Source of the DNA: a candidate division FCPU426 bacterium
Lineage (GTDB): Bacteria; Oederibacteriota; JAAXVQ01; JAUVAV01
DNA: 27,272 bases
NCBI GenBank assembly: GCA_030637655.1
Contig: DAOWGI010000093.1
Location: 1-27,272 of the forward strand
Direction of reading: 5' to 3'
Positions 1 to 13,400 of this stretch are shown piece after piece (the stretch's first letter is position 1; every line of letters begins with the position of its first letter). Made by a program: the position numbers and the translations under genes. The notes beneath the pieces were generated by a model. The model did not search any database. It was not told the origin of the DNA and saw only the letters and a list, made by a program, of their open reading frames with translations.

Positions 1-1465
1 AGCAGGCCTGCCGGGAAGGTGAAATTTCCCCGCTGAAATATGGGGTTTACCTGTGCCAATACGGCAAGCGGATAAAACTGGAGCTTAGCTCTTATCCCAA
101 CCTATTATTATATGTATCCAAACGCCGCAATGTAATTCCCCGGAAGGTGGACTTGGAACAGGTTTATACAGAAAGCGAACAACTGGATCAGGCTATCAGA
201 GAGTGGTTGTATACCAGTGACGCGCAGCGGCAGTTGGATCAATTGGAAGAGCGGCTGGATATTATGGAGAAACTGCTGAATATTTCAGCTACCCCGGAAG
301 AGTTGCAAGCGTACCGGGAAAATCCAAAAGCCTTTCAGGTAAAGCAGGTAATGGATTTTATCCGGGAATATAATGAATTGAGTGAACTTACGCTGGATAC
401 GGAGATTTATACTCTGGACGGTTATTTACAGCAGGTCAGGAGATTTTACCAAATGGCGGATGAGCGGAGCACGGTGTTTGTGGAAAATACCGTAAACCGG
501 ATGAAAGAGTATAACACCAAACTGGCGGTATTGGTTACCGGCGGGTTCCATACTGACCATGTGCTCAAGGAAATGCAGGCGCGCAACATCAGTTATCTTT
601 CACTCTGTCCGCGCATAACGCAGGAAGACCTGGTAAATCCGTATTTTGCCTTGATTCGCAACCGCCAGACGCCCCTGGAAAAACTCCTGGCTAAGAATCA
701 GAATATATTAAAATTGGCGCCGACAGCGCTGCAGGTTGCGCATGCCGATCGTAATGCCATGGTGACAGAGGCGGCAATGAATGCGCTGCCAAAGGCCCAG
801 AGAGCAATTCTCGATTGGGAGATTCTGCAGAATATAAGTATAACTATAGCGGGGCTGAAAGAAAAAGGCATAACAGGAAAAGAAAAATTAGAAGCCAAAT
901 TTAGGGCTATGGTTGAACATTATTTTTATAAGAATAAATTTAATCCTAATTGGGAAGATACTATTGAATCAAAGTATACTTTACTCATTTCCATCGAGCA
1001 GTTAGTAGAAAAAACGCGAATATGGCTGGGGTTCCAGCCCAAAGATGGAACTTTGGCGCAGGGCCTGGAATTGGCGCCGGCGACGATAACAGAAGACGAG
1101 AAGAAGATGATGATTTTTAGTGCTTCCGGGGCTGAGAAAATGAACGTGCAAATACTAGCCCTGAAGAAAAAGGAAGAACAGGGAATTACATTTCCTTCGA
1201 TCTTAACAAAGCTTTTTGCCGGCATGCAGGCTATTCTGGCGCGGGCGCAAGAAGGATGGGAGGGCCTTACTGGTTCACAGAAGGCAGGCCTGGCTCTTTT
1301 TGTAGGTGTGATTGCCATAAGACTGGTGGGTCCGCATGTTTCGCCCGGCATCATCAATGAAGCGAGCCAATGGGCAGCAGGGCAAGAGACTGTTTTTGCA
1401 AACTATGATAATGTATTAGCAGTAGTGTATGGTCTAAATATGATTCCCAAAAATAATAAGCAAGA
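1..1465 (+). repeat. Direct repeat copy A: shared N-terminal module
   Basis: 1-720 aligns without gaps to 16553-17272 (offset 16552) with about 25 mismatches by manual count. Patchier similarity with indels continues to about 1465 (GLNMIPKNNKQEL). Confidence 0.97.
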
Positions 1466-4400
1466 GTTATTAGATATAGTAAAAACCTATATCAACAAAG
1501 GGGAAGAAGCCACGCTGGAAAGTATCCAAAAGATTGTGAAACAGACACCTTGGGATAAACAAATAGACTTACTGGATTCTCTTATTACAGGCCATAACAA
1601 GTGCAAAAATAAAAATAGAAAAAGTGAACTGGCAGAAATTATAAATTCTATTTGGAACAACTTTCCAGAAGAAGTTAAAGCTATAGATGTTTTACTTACT
1701 CAAAGCAGTAATGAAACAACAAAAATACAGATGGCGATGCTTCATGACGATGAGCTTCTTCAGCAAGCAAAAGTACAGATAGCGATAAAACTATTCAAAC
1801 TGCGTCAGGCAGATAAGCTTCTTTTGCCAGCACTAGAATATTTTAACGAAAATGCTCTTAAGAGTGATGAATGGGTGGAAGCTTTTCCTCTGTTGCTCGA
1901 GCTTTTTGAGCAGGATTCAATTACGGGAGAGACGCGCAAAGAAGTTACAAAAGCAATGGCTGCATGCCGGGATGACAGCGCAATACAGCCAATGATAGAC
2001 CGCTATGTCAAGTATGGAGGGAAAATCAATATTATCTGCATAAAAGGTCTTATTAAGATGGACCACGATCTGCTGCTGGATTACTTAGACCCAATTATTG
2101 CGGGAAATGATCAAACTAAAAGGGATGGTTTGCTTGACATAATTAAGTGGGTTTTCGGAAACGGGAATGAAGACATACTGGACAGTATTAGACATAGTGT
2201 GCGCAGTAAGACTTCCGAAGAGCAAATAGAATTAATGGATGTTTTTATTAAAGTCCATAATGAGATCAGTAAGACGAAAAGCGCAGAAGAATTAAAAATA
2301 ATTATTAGCGATATTTGGGAGGAAAAAGTAAAAAAACCTTTGAAGTTAAAGATGGCGATAAAATTACTCAAACTGCGTAATGCTGAAGAGCTTCTTACGG
2401 AGGCAGTAGATTATTTTAAGGACAGCGCCAAGCCTGGAAAACTGGACGAAATTCTTGGAGAATTGCTTAAATTTATTATGAGAGATGAAATTCCTGTGAA
2501 TATTCGGAAAAAAGCTGTACAGGCTGTTGATAAAGCTAATAGTACCAGCGAAAAAAACAACAATAATGGAAAAGCAATAGTGCCGCTTCTAAAATTTTAT
2601 ATCGATGAAAACGAAAAAAGCAAAGACGCAGGCAAAGACGGAAACCCTGAATTTATCTTTGATACATTAATTAATCAGCCCCTTTCGCCTGAATACTTAC
2701 CTATTTGTATCGATGGATACAATCGAACTAAAAAATCTGGCTTGCTTGATATAATTAGTTTGTTTCAGAAAAAGCTTGAAGATATGGACCCGGAAGCGCG
2801 AATGCCTGAATTAGTGGAATTTTTTAAATTAGATGATTCAGAGCTTCGCGCTTCGGCAATAAAGTCCTTTATAGATTTAGGTTTGAAACAGCTAGGTGTT
2901 TTGGAAGATGATGACCTCAAGCATAACGGAGAATTTTTAGCTGCATTCACGGCCATACTGGCAATGGCATTTGAGAAAATGCCAACCCAAATCCAAATAG
3001 AGGAAGAAGAGAGTGCTTGGATTAAGGAGCTGGCAGATCAATTTGCGACTGAATTTGCAATAACACTAACAGATGAAGAACGTAGAGTTGCTTTTTTAGT
3101 AGCTCTGGCAACAATAAATCCAGAAGCGGCAATAGCTCAAATTCAACAAGCGTCTGAGGACGTGCGCCGACAGATCAAAATTATTCTGGGCCAATCGCAA
3201 TTAATCAAAAAAATGGATTTAGAACTTATAACCGAGCTTGAGCAGGCTTGTGGAGAAAAAGCAGCTGTCCTGCGAAGTCCTGCCTCGCTGGCTTTTTGGA
3301 TAACGCTTTGGAGGAATCCATTCGATATCCCGGCGGCAGTGAAAGCCGGTGAAAAGTATTTGGGGGTTGAAATTTCGGTTTTGGCTCTGGCAGGAATTGT
3401 TGGAGTGGTTTTAGTGGTTTTGAGCCGGCCTCTATGGTTTTACGGCATAGCCGGAGCTTTCGGCCTGTTTGCCGTTGCCCATCAGGTATTGAAGTGGAGA
3501 GTATATCGCGCCCGGGGACAACTTGAACCAGCTGATTATTGGAAGGATTTTGCAAAACAGATAGGCGTTTTTAGTTTATACCTTATTCCTGCCTTGTATA
3601 CTCTGTTAGGTCTATATTTAGTACCAGAAAACCAGCAATTAAATTTAGTTCTATTTTTTTTAATTGGTCTATTAGCTGGGATTGTTATCCCTATAGCCGG
3701 TTTTAGAAATTACCATTACGACATGAGCATATTTGGGAAATTTACTTTGTCGGAGATTAAGTTCGATTTTGATATGAGCGCAGAAAGTGCCAGGCAAGTG
3801 GATAGAGAAGACGGCGTGCTTTCTCAGTTTATAACCAAGGACACGCCATTTACCTTTATTCTGGGAGAAGGTGAAGCAAAGAAGGAACTGCCGGGCCGGC
3901 TCTATGAAATTGAAGGAAGAACCTATGTCCTATACGGCGACCGCTGGGTGGATTTCGGCCAGGTGGACTCTGATTCCAATCCCTACAAGAAAATTTTTGC
4001 TTCCAGCAGAATTCCGCTTTCAGGCATTGTTGACGGCGAATTATTGTTGGGCAATCCGCGGCTGCGGGATTTTTTGGGAATTGAGCAGCTTACAGTTAAA
4101 CAGGCAACCAGGCCGCTTCCTGTTGGCGCTGAGGCTGTCACTGAACTGAGAGCTTTTTTTGAAAATAAGTATTTGGATGAACATAGCCAGGCTGCGATAA
4201 CCACCATCCAGAGAGTACGCCGGCTGGCAGGATTCAAAGAACTGGATAATAAAATCCTGCTGGACTATCTGGATGCCCTGATAATCGTTTCGCATGCGGA
4301 GGTCTCAGCCTACCGGGAATTTGTGCAAGGGGTTGCTAATCTGGAAATTCTGGATGGAATAAAAGCAAATTTACGCCAATTAAAGTTTGACCGCAGGCTG

Positions 4401-7400
4401 CTTAAAATACTTAACGAGATTGTTTTTTTTGTAAGCAAACGCAAATTAGGCTTTCCCAAACCGTTAATAGATTTGCTCTCAGAAAAACCAAGTTGGCGGA
4501 AATTGATCAAAACCGCTGCCGATGGTTTCGGAGTAGTGGTGGATAAAAACGGGAAATTCAGCGAGAAGGATCTGGTCAATAACGCGAACTGGGTGGAAGA
4601 ATGCAAGAAAGACCAATTATTGGAGACGATGAAAACAGAAGCAAAACAAATAGGTGTTTCACTGGATGATTATTTAAAGATGTTTGATTATGATCTGGAA
4701 ATAGGCATAGCCGGGTCGGCATCTAGATTACTTGAAAACCATTTCCGTGTTAATAAAATGCAAGGCTACAACATTCGTGTAAAAAAAGGCATGGAAAAGA
4801 AAGCTGTTAAATTTTTTGTTGATCAAGGGTTTAATTACTTTAAACTCTGGCGCCAGGGAGATTATGCGTATATCGGGATTACTCACTATGTTTTGGCAAG
4901 TTATCCTAAAAAGGCCATAATCATTGCCGGAATGGAGACTATGGACCCCTCTGAAGAGTGGCTGGGCGAGATCAAGGGCTATAAAATTTTTACGCAGCGT
5001 ATAGTGCAGGAAATGAATATGGACGGCACTTTGAAAAAGAAATTAGCCCTAGGCGGCCATGGCGATGTGACCGGCCGTATGCTGGAAGCTAAAAATGAAA
5101 TCGCACGTATGTTAAGACAAGGCAAAAACTGGGTACGCCAACAAGGGGATGATGTAGGCAATTATATTAATCATATTTTAATGACGCATGATATTAAATT
5201 AGGTTATACCCCCATGTCTATTTTGACTACCCGGCAAAATATCAATTTGGAGTGCGAAGAAAGCCTGGGAAAAATCCAGGCCCAACTGGACAAAGGAAAG
5301 ACTGTTACAATACAAGGCCGGAAAGTAACAGGGATTAATAAATATCAAATAGAGTTTGAACAAGGGGCTGCGATTGATATTAAAGCTAAGGTGAAAAAAT
5401 TAGAAAATGAACTAAATGAAATAGAGAATATGCAAGAACAAGCCGCCAAATTAACCGGGCCGGCGCAGAGGGATAAATGGATTGAGTTTATGCAATACTA
5501 TGAACAGATAGTATATAATCCTGTTAATAAACTGGTTTTTAAGTCCGGAGGCGATGAAGTAAAACTGATTAATATTATCATAGGTAAAGGCGGGGAATTA
5601 CTGGAAATCAGCGGGAAAAATAGCTTTGTAGAAGAAAGCACTTTACCGGACACCCTTACTATGCGGCATAGTGAAAATGACGAAATAAAGATACCCAAGG
5701 ATGTTTTTCTTGCCACTATTCCCAGAAATTTTAATACCAATTGTTTTAGCCTGGATCCTCTGGCAGTGGCAGCCAATCGTGATAAGGATATAAAAAAAAT
5801 CTATCTTGCATTTTTAAAATTTGCGCATGACAACCGGAATGATATCGAAGCAGTTTTACATGCGCGCAGAAATGCTGAATTAAAAGCTGCCGATATAATA
5901 GACCATATTTTGGACAAGGAATGGCAGGCCCGCTGTCTGTTGATTGAACGTTTTTCCATGACGGCATATCCCTTGCCGGTTGAGGAAAAAGAAGATCCCA
6001 AAGGCAAAAAATATTTAAGAATTAACAGCATGGCACAAGATGTCAGCCGTTTTGAGGCGGAAATGGTGCTTAGTGGTATTACTGCGCAAGACTTGAATTT
6101 GAATGCTATTGAAGCGGCAGTGAAAGAAATAGCAGCGGCAGAGAATGAAGCCGAAAAAGCTAAAATTAAAAATGAATACTTTAAAAAAGCAGACGGCCGG
6201 CTATTTTTGGAAACGGCCAAGGTTTTAAGGGACTTAAACATACCAATCAATAAAATAATCGATGTTCCAAAAGAAGATTTCTCGCAGGCCAAGAAATCAG
6301 AGGATTGGGCCAAGGCAGTGGAATTGATGAATAAAAAATTAATAGAGCAAAGCTATGAGCCGTTTTTTGAAATTAATCCTATTACGAAAATGCAAGGCAC
6401 TAATCAGGGCCAATGGCTGGCCGGTATGTTTAAACATGGAGTGATGGGCTCGAATACAGCGCGCAAATTAAGGGAAATGGCAACCCTGATTGCAGAGCAT
6501 GGAGAAACCCTGTCAAACCAAAAGATAGACCATATTCTGAACAAAATGTATGAATTTCTCGGGGATTACGAATCTTACGAACGTCAAAGCAAACCAATAA
6601 CGCATGCAGGCTTGGCCGAGGGCTTAGATCTGTTAAGAGAGATAGGGATTCAACTTGCCACTAAGTATGACACGTTATTCAACCCGGAAGAGGCAGAATC
6701 TATTAAGCTGGAAATAATAAATGCTATAGGGGATATTACTGCCAGGTGTGAACAGGAAGGAGAATTAAGATGGAAAGATTTTGATAAAATAACTAAAAAG
6801 ATACACAAATTTCTTGATGGGCAGGGCGCAATAAAATCCGACCAGAAACTATTTCCCCAAAATTCCAGAACTAAATATATACAATTGGTTGAGTTTAAGA
6901 AGATCCTTATAAAACTGGCATTTAAGGGCAAGAGTGGTTATGGGACACTTAACCTGTGGAGTACTTGGTGTGAAAAATACGGAGAATCCTTGACCATTGA
7001 CCAGATGATTAAACTTCTGGAAATTGCCCAAAGCAGGGAGAAACAGCCAAAACTCGTGAAGCTGATTCTGGGTATAACAGGAATAAACGCCTTATGGCGT
7101 TTTGGCAGACTGGCCCTGATCCGGGCCCAGCAACTGGCTATGCGGCTGAGCCCGGGAATCAATGCGGTATTCAGACGCAACCTTCCGGACGATACACTTT
7201 CCCTGGCCGCAAAAGCGCATGCTGTGCTGGCCACAGGAAAGGAAATCACAGTATTGGATTTTGCTTTACGAATGGGTGTTTCTGAGGAAAATGCGCGCCA
7301 GGCCCTGGAGTATCTGGCTTCTCTGAAAGCGGAAAAAACCAGGCTTAAGGGTATTGATAAAAAAATTGTAATAGACGGCCGTACTGTCTACTATCTGCTG

Positions 7401-10400
7401 GAAGTAAAGCCCGCTGACATGAAAAAAGCGAGCATAGTCATCATGGCAGGCGGGAGTGAGGAAAAACTCTGGCCCCTGAACACGGATCAAATGCCCCGGC
7501 AATTCCGCAAATTTGGCAAAGACCACAAAAACATGCTGCAAAAGCAAATAGATAATGCTTTGGCAGCATGTTTCACTCTGGATCGCATCTTTATCACCAC
7601 CAAACGCCAGTATAAAAAACTGGTCTATGAATTCCTGCCACCAGGATTCCCCCGAGAAAATATTATTTGGGAACCGTCCATACGCCAAAGTATTGCTGCA
7701 GTGGCACTAAGTCTTAAATTCCTCGAAAAAAGACATGGACCGGATCATACGGCAATTTTTATGCCCGCGGACCGCGTTATTAGCGGAAAAGAAGCAATTA
7801 ATTCCGCTCTGAAATCCGCGGTTAAGGGCGCGCAAAATGGCGATAATACCGTGCTGCTTGGCGTGGAAGCCAAAAAACCGGAGACGCGCTTTGGATATAT
7901 TAAACACGGCCCCGAGACTAAACTGGGAGCTGAGATAAAAGATATTCCGGGATTTGTGGAAAAACCGGAGGACGAACAGGCTGAAAAAATCATTGAAACC
8001 GGCGATTATGATGTTAATACATCTATTTTCGCTATGAAAGTGGACACCGGATTACGCACTCTTTATCAAATCTCATCCGGGCTTTCAAGAGTGGCGGAGG
8101 AAATTGGTGAAGCATTGGAAAAAGCTGAGGATGTAGAGGAACTCTTCAAGGAGATACCGGTTAAAGTAGCTGCCACCTTAAACCAGGCCTTTGCTGAGGC
8201 TGTTATTACCAATCCGGATTCACACGTTCGTTTAATGACAACCAAAGGCGAATTCGATTGGAGCGCTGAGCTTTCCTGGGCTGATATGTCGGAAGAAACT
8301 GATGATAAAGGAAATCAGGAGCTGGGCGAAGGGCAGGTTGATCGGGAAAACATCCAAAATACAGTTGTCTATTCCGGAGCGGGCAAGCAGGTAATTGTGA
8401 AAGGCCTGAATGATTTGGTAGTGATAGTGGAGGATGATGTAGTCCTGGTCATGCCTAAATCACAAGCCACAGAGATAGAGCAGCAGGTGGAAAAGCTAAG
8501 AGCGGATCCGCAAACTAGCTGGGCAGTTATTGGTGAAAAACGTGCTAAAGACGTGAGTGGATCTCAGAAACATGAGACTGATAAGCAAGGCAATGAATTA
8601 ACCGGTTTGGTTAGGGTTGATGAGGAAACCCGTAATTGTATGGTCAAATGCGATAGCAGCCTGGCAGTGCTTTTGGGTGTGGAAGGTATAGCAGTGACGC
8701 AGCAGGGTGATCAGGTAGTGGTTGAAGCAAAAGTGCCAGGCACCAAAGTTCCGGCTTCAATCGGAGTTTTCGCGCAAACAGCGGGAATATTGACTATATT
8801 TGGCATGATGGGCGGGATTGCGTATCTAGCCATTGCCGGCAACTTAGCTGCTCTCTCTTGGCTGGGATGGGCGCAGCTTGCCGGCGGAGCCTTGCTCTTC
8901 CTCTCCAGTTGGGGCTATGCGGACTTAGGCCCCAGCGGACCTGTAAGTTGGACCTGGCCGAAAAGAGCGGCGCCTTACATTAAGCCATTGGGAGCGGCCC
9001 TGGCAATAACAGGTCTTATGCTGGCGGCATTTGTGCATATTACGCCTACCGCAGCCGCGGGTTTGGGATTGTTTGGAATAATTGGATTAGTAATACTGGA
9101 ATTATTCCTCTACTGGCCGCAAAAAAAGCCTCTGGCAAATTATCTGGGATGGGCGGCATACTTTTTGGGAATAGCGGCGTTTATCTTAGGATATGGTTAT
9201 GGCGAGCTCGGGCCGTCCGGATATGTCAGTTGGGAACCGTCGCCGCAATTGCAAGAGATTTTTCAGCCTCTGAATCTGGCCTCTTTTATCGGGAGCTTCT
9301 TATTCAGCGCCCTATCTTTCCTGCTAAACATCCGACAGCGTCAGGCAGAACGCGGCAGTCTTGCGGACAGCAAACATTCAGTGCAAGCAGAAAACCTCTC
9401 GGATCTGAAAAAAAGAGTCAAGCGCTCGCAGGGACCTTCTGAAGTGTTGATCATTACCAATGGCGGAGATGATGTTATTGCCCAAAAGCGGTTCAGCAGT
9501 CGGATTAGAGAACTCTTCCGGCGTGATGGCAAAACCACTGTCATGGCTCATCCGGAAGTGGTCCGGCGCGGACAGTTTTTGGGACTGCTGGACGCGATCC
9601 GGAATTGGGTTAAAAAGTATGGTCCGCTGAATAAGGATGGTGTGTCCGTGGGTATCATGATGCCAGGCAAAGGCACGCGCATGAGTCCTTTTACCCAGCG
9701 CGCACATGGTATTAAGCCCTTCATTCGCATGCTGATTCGGACCAATAAAAAGGGCTCCTGGCTCACTGCTGCGGGAGCGTCCTTGTATACCTGGACCCTG
9801 GTCGCGTATCATTTGAAACGTATGGGTTTCAGGGGCATGGCCTGGAAATGGGGCGATGAACCTCAGATTGCGGCCATGCGCATGGCCGCAATGAATTTAG
9901 ATCTGAACGAGGCAGATGCTGTGCGTTTTGGCGCAGAGACAATTATTACGGATGATTTAGCAGAGAACAAAGAGTGGTTGCATATGGATCCCAAGACAGG
10001 TGAGTTTAAACAGGTGCGCCGCAGGAGCCGGAAAGATTTGCTGGAGCGATTGGGATTACAAGATACAGCAGATGCCAAAGCTTTTATACACATCGGCTCA
10101 CCAGCCTTGTCCTATACCTTCCTGGAAGCTGCGGATAAAGTATTCGGTGACTTAACAGAAGGCTCGGTTGATGTAGATGGCTATGTGTTTGAGGCCTTGA
10201 CCCAGGATTATGCCACCTGGAAGATGGAAACTGCCAAAGATCCGGACCTGCAAAAACTTGTTGAAAATCACCCGGATTTCTGTCTCCGCGTGCAAGCTAT
10301 GAAATATAGAATCAATTTACAAAAAATGGCCAATAAAAAACCGGAGCTGTTAGAAAATATTGCAATTCAAAGCTTTTTAGCTGCGGAGAATTGGCAACAA

Positions 10401-13400
10401 ATGTTTGACTCAGAGTTATTTAAAGCAGCGGCGAAATATATGATAGCTGAAATGATAGAAGCACACGGACTAAAAAGTATAGTTAAAACTTTCTCTATAA
10501 CCGGCGGATTGCAACAAGCCCTGGATTTGAAATTTAACCGTCCCTTAAACATTCAGGTGGTTGATTTTGGTGAAGGTCATTACTGGGGTGATATTGGCCA
10601 GCTTGCAAAAGCGAGAAAGGCCTTGTGGGCAGTAAATGACCGCGAGAGCAAAGATGGCGAATTTGCCCGCCAATTGGCATGTATTGACCATGTCAAACCT
10701 GACAAATGGGGCAATATTGTGGTGGGTGACTCGTTGGTACCTCAAGACGGTAGTGTGCGCAACAGTGTGATCATTGATACTAAAATATACGGCAAAGCAA
10801 ATATTAATGGCGCAGTTATTGTTGACAGTCAATTGGGCAACGCAACTATTAAAGAAGGTTCTGTGGTTTGTAAATCCACGGTAAAGAACCTGTATATGGA
10901 GAAAAATGCTTATTCGTATAGTTCTATTGGTAACCGTGTGACTATCAAAGCAGATTTTGTACATACCTCCATACCCAAAGATCCGGAAAACCTTAGTGAA
11001 GGTCTGGAAGACTGGTTTGCCGACAGCCGGGTGGATGTGGGTGCGGATAAATATTACAAGAAAAAGCACTGGGGCAATTCCATGTCCACGGAAGAAAAAT
11101 TTGCCCAGATGCGGCAGCGCGATGCCATGCCGGATGCAATTGAGGAACAGATTGATAAGCAGTATCGGGCCGGTTTGATCGCGGATATGAGTTCAAAATC
11201 CCCAAAAGATCATGAAAGCTTTGAGTTGAGTTACTTAGTTGCTTTCCTTATTAGCTCTTTCTCAGCAATAGTGTTTCTCTTAATAGCAGTGGATTACGCG
11301 GATAGCGTGTGGATAATGTCTTTAGGTTCCTTGGGTTTTGTCCTAAGCTTGCTGCATGGGATTTATTCGTTAGTGAAGATGATATATTATGAGAATATTA
11401 GTGACATGCTGTTGGACCAGCGCCAGGAAAGTAAATTTATAACCCCGCTGCAGAAATATAAAAAGTATGAGTTGAGACGCCAAGATTTTGCAAGGGGAGT
11501 AATGTCAAAAGTCTCGCAAGAAGGAAAAATCCAAATCGCGGAGAATGTGAAATATTTGCCGCGTTGGTTACAGTATACGGAATACGCGCACGTTATTTTG
11601 CAGCAAAAATATCCCTGGTCCCGGGGAATCCTGGCACATGCCCTGGAACTGCCGCTAGGTCTGTTTATAATGTGGAGGGATAGGGAAATCAGCAGTGTGA
11701 AAACCTTATCAGATGAAGAATTGAAAGCATTGCGTGAAACCAAACCCATATTTGGACGAGTGAATATTGATGTGGTTAAAGAAAGCGAGATTAAAGCTCC
11801 TGCAAAATTAGAAGCTATATTTGATTCTGTGACTGCTGTTTTACAAAACAACGCTCTGGTTATGCACGGATACAATGGCAGACCGCAAAAGACGGAATTT
11901 GAAGGGCAAATGTCGAATGATGGACAATATAAATATGTGGCTGGTTTGAGTAATATTGCAGTTGCCAAATGGTTTGCTGATGAGATGGGAAAAGAAGCAA
12001 AAAGCATAGAGCCGATAAAAAATAGAAGAAAAGGCGCCAAAGCTCAATGGCTGATAAAAGGTTTTCAGGGCAGAAATGTAAATGTAATTATGCTCCAGCC
12101 GGAAGACACGCCGGAACACCGGAGAGCGAATGCAAAACTTATCTCCGAAGCTAAAGCAGGTGATTTGATTTTCCGTGAAAACACAAGATTTGATAAGAGA
12201 GAAGAGGCTAAAACATTTAAAAAGACGGTTAAGGTCCGGGAATTGAAAGAACTTGTAGGTTTTGCGCGTGAACTAACACAGCTTGATGGAGTGCTTTTGT
12301 ATGAGATGGGAGTATTTTTTGACACAGCTTCCGCGCACCGGGTGAATGCGACGAATGTGGGAGCGGCTGAACTGTTTCCAGTTGTTGGCAGTCGTCATAT
12401 AGCTGATTTCCTGGCAGCAACAGCAAAAATCAGGGCCAAGATGAAAGCAGTGCACGATAAGGGCGGACAAAATGTCATCATTGCCGCCGGCACCAAGGAA
12501 GACAAGATAGAACTAGCCACGGATGCGATTGGGAACATTGCCTTTGAGGGAGATATAATCCGATTTGGAGGAAGCATTGTAGCCGCGTTTTTAGCTGAAG
12601 CAGGCCATAAAACCGGAAATAATAAAGTATCGGATGAGGCAATAGCGGCAGTTAGACGGTTTAAAGCAAAAGCGGCAGAATATGGAGTGAACTATGAAGT
12701 GCCGCTTGATCTGCTGGTGGTAAAAGATACAGAGAATGATCCAACCCAGAGCATCAAAAATGCCAGTGCGGACGATCTCGTTAAAGTAAAGGATGGGAAT
12801 ATTCCCAAAGGATATGTATTGGTCAATCTGGGGCCGGATGAAATCCAGAAGATGTTGACTGAATTGGATGAAGCTGACGGCATGATCGCTTTTGGGCCTA
12901 TGGGACCTTTTGATTTAAATCCGAAATTTGCTGCCAAACCCAGTATAGTGATAATGCAGAAATTTGCCAAACAAGCTAAGGCCGGCAAAGTAGCAGTCGC
13001 AGTAGGCGCAGACACATCAAGTCTCATTGAGATGGCCGGAGTTGAGGATCTATTTGTTCAACAATCAGCCGGCGGAGCCTTTATTTCCCAGACAGTGACC
13101 GAGGTTTTAATACCCGGTATCAATGCTATCAAAACCTCGCAGGAAAAATTTGCCGCCAGGTTTGCCTTGTGGAAAATTTTGAGCGTGGTGTTAGGAATGC
13201 TATTATTAGTTCCCGGTATCATCATAATTATAAACAGCAGCTTGGTCGTCCTGCCGGTTGCAGGCGTGGCCGTGGCCGCAGGCTTGGTCTTGCTCGCCCT
13301 GCCGTTGATTTTGCCTTGGATTAATCAACGCTTTATTCAGGTGGAAATGCAGAAAAAAAAGGTGCCAGACACCCAATCTCCGGAAAGCTCGGCAGCCGGA

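Noticed and set aside
147-149. GTG at 147 as the start of gene 1
   Set aside because: The frame is open from base 3 and the upstream codons match the internal coding sequence of gene 2.
1-720. Repeat as an assembly duplication, IS element or prophage end
   Set aside because: The copies have scattered substitutions, diverge gradually and are in-frame coding. I saw no transposase, integrase or terminal inverted repeats.
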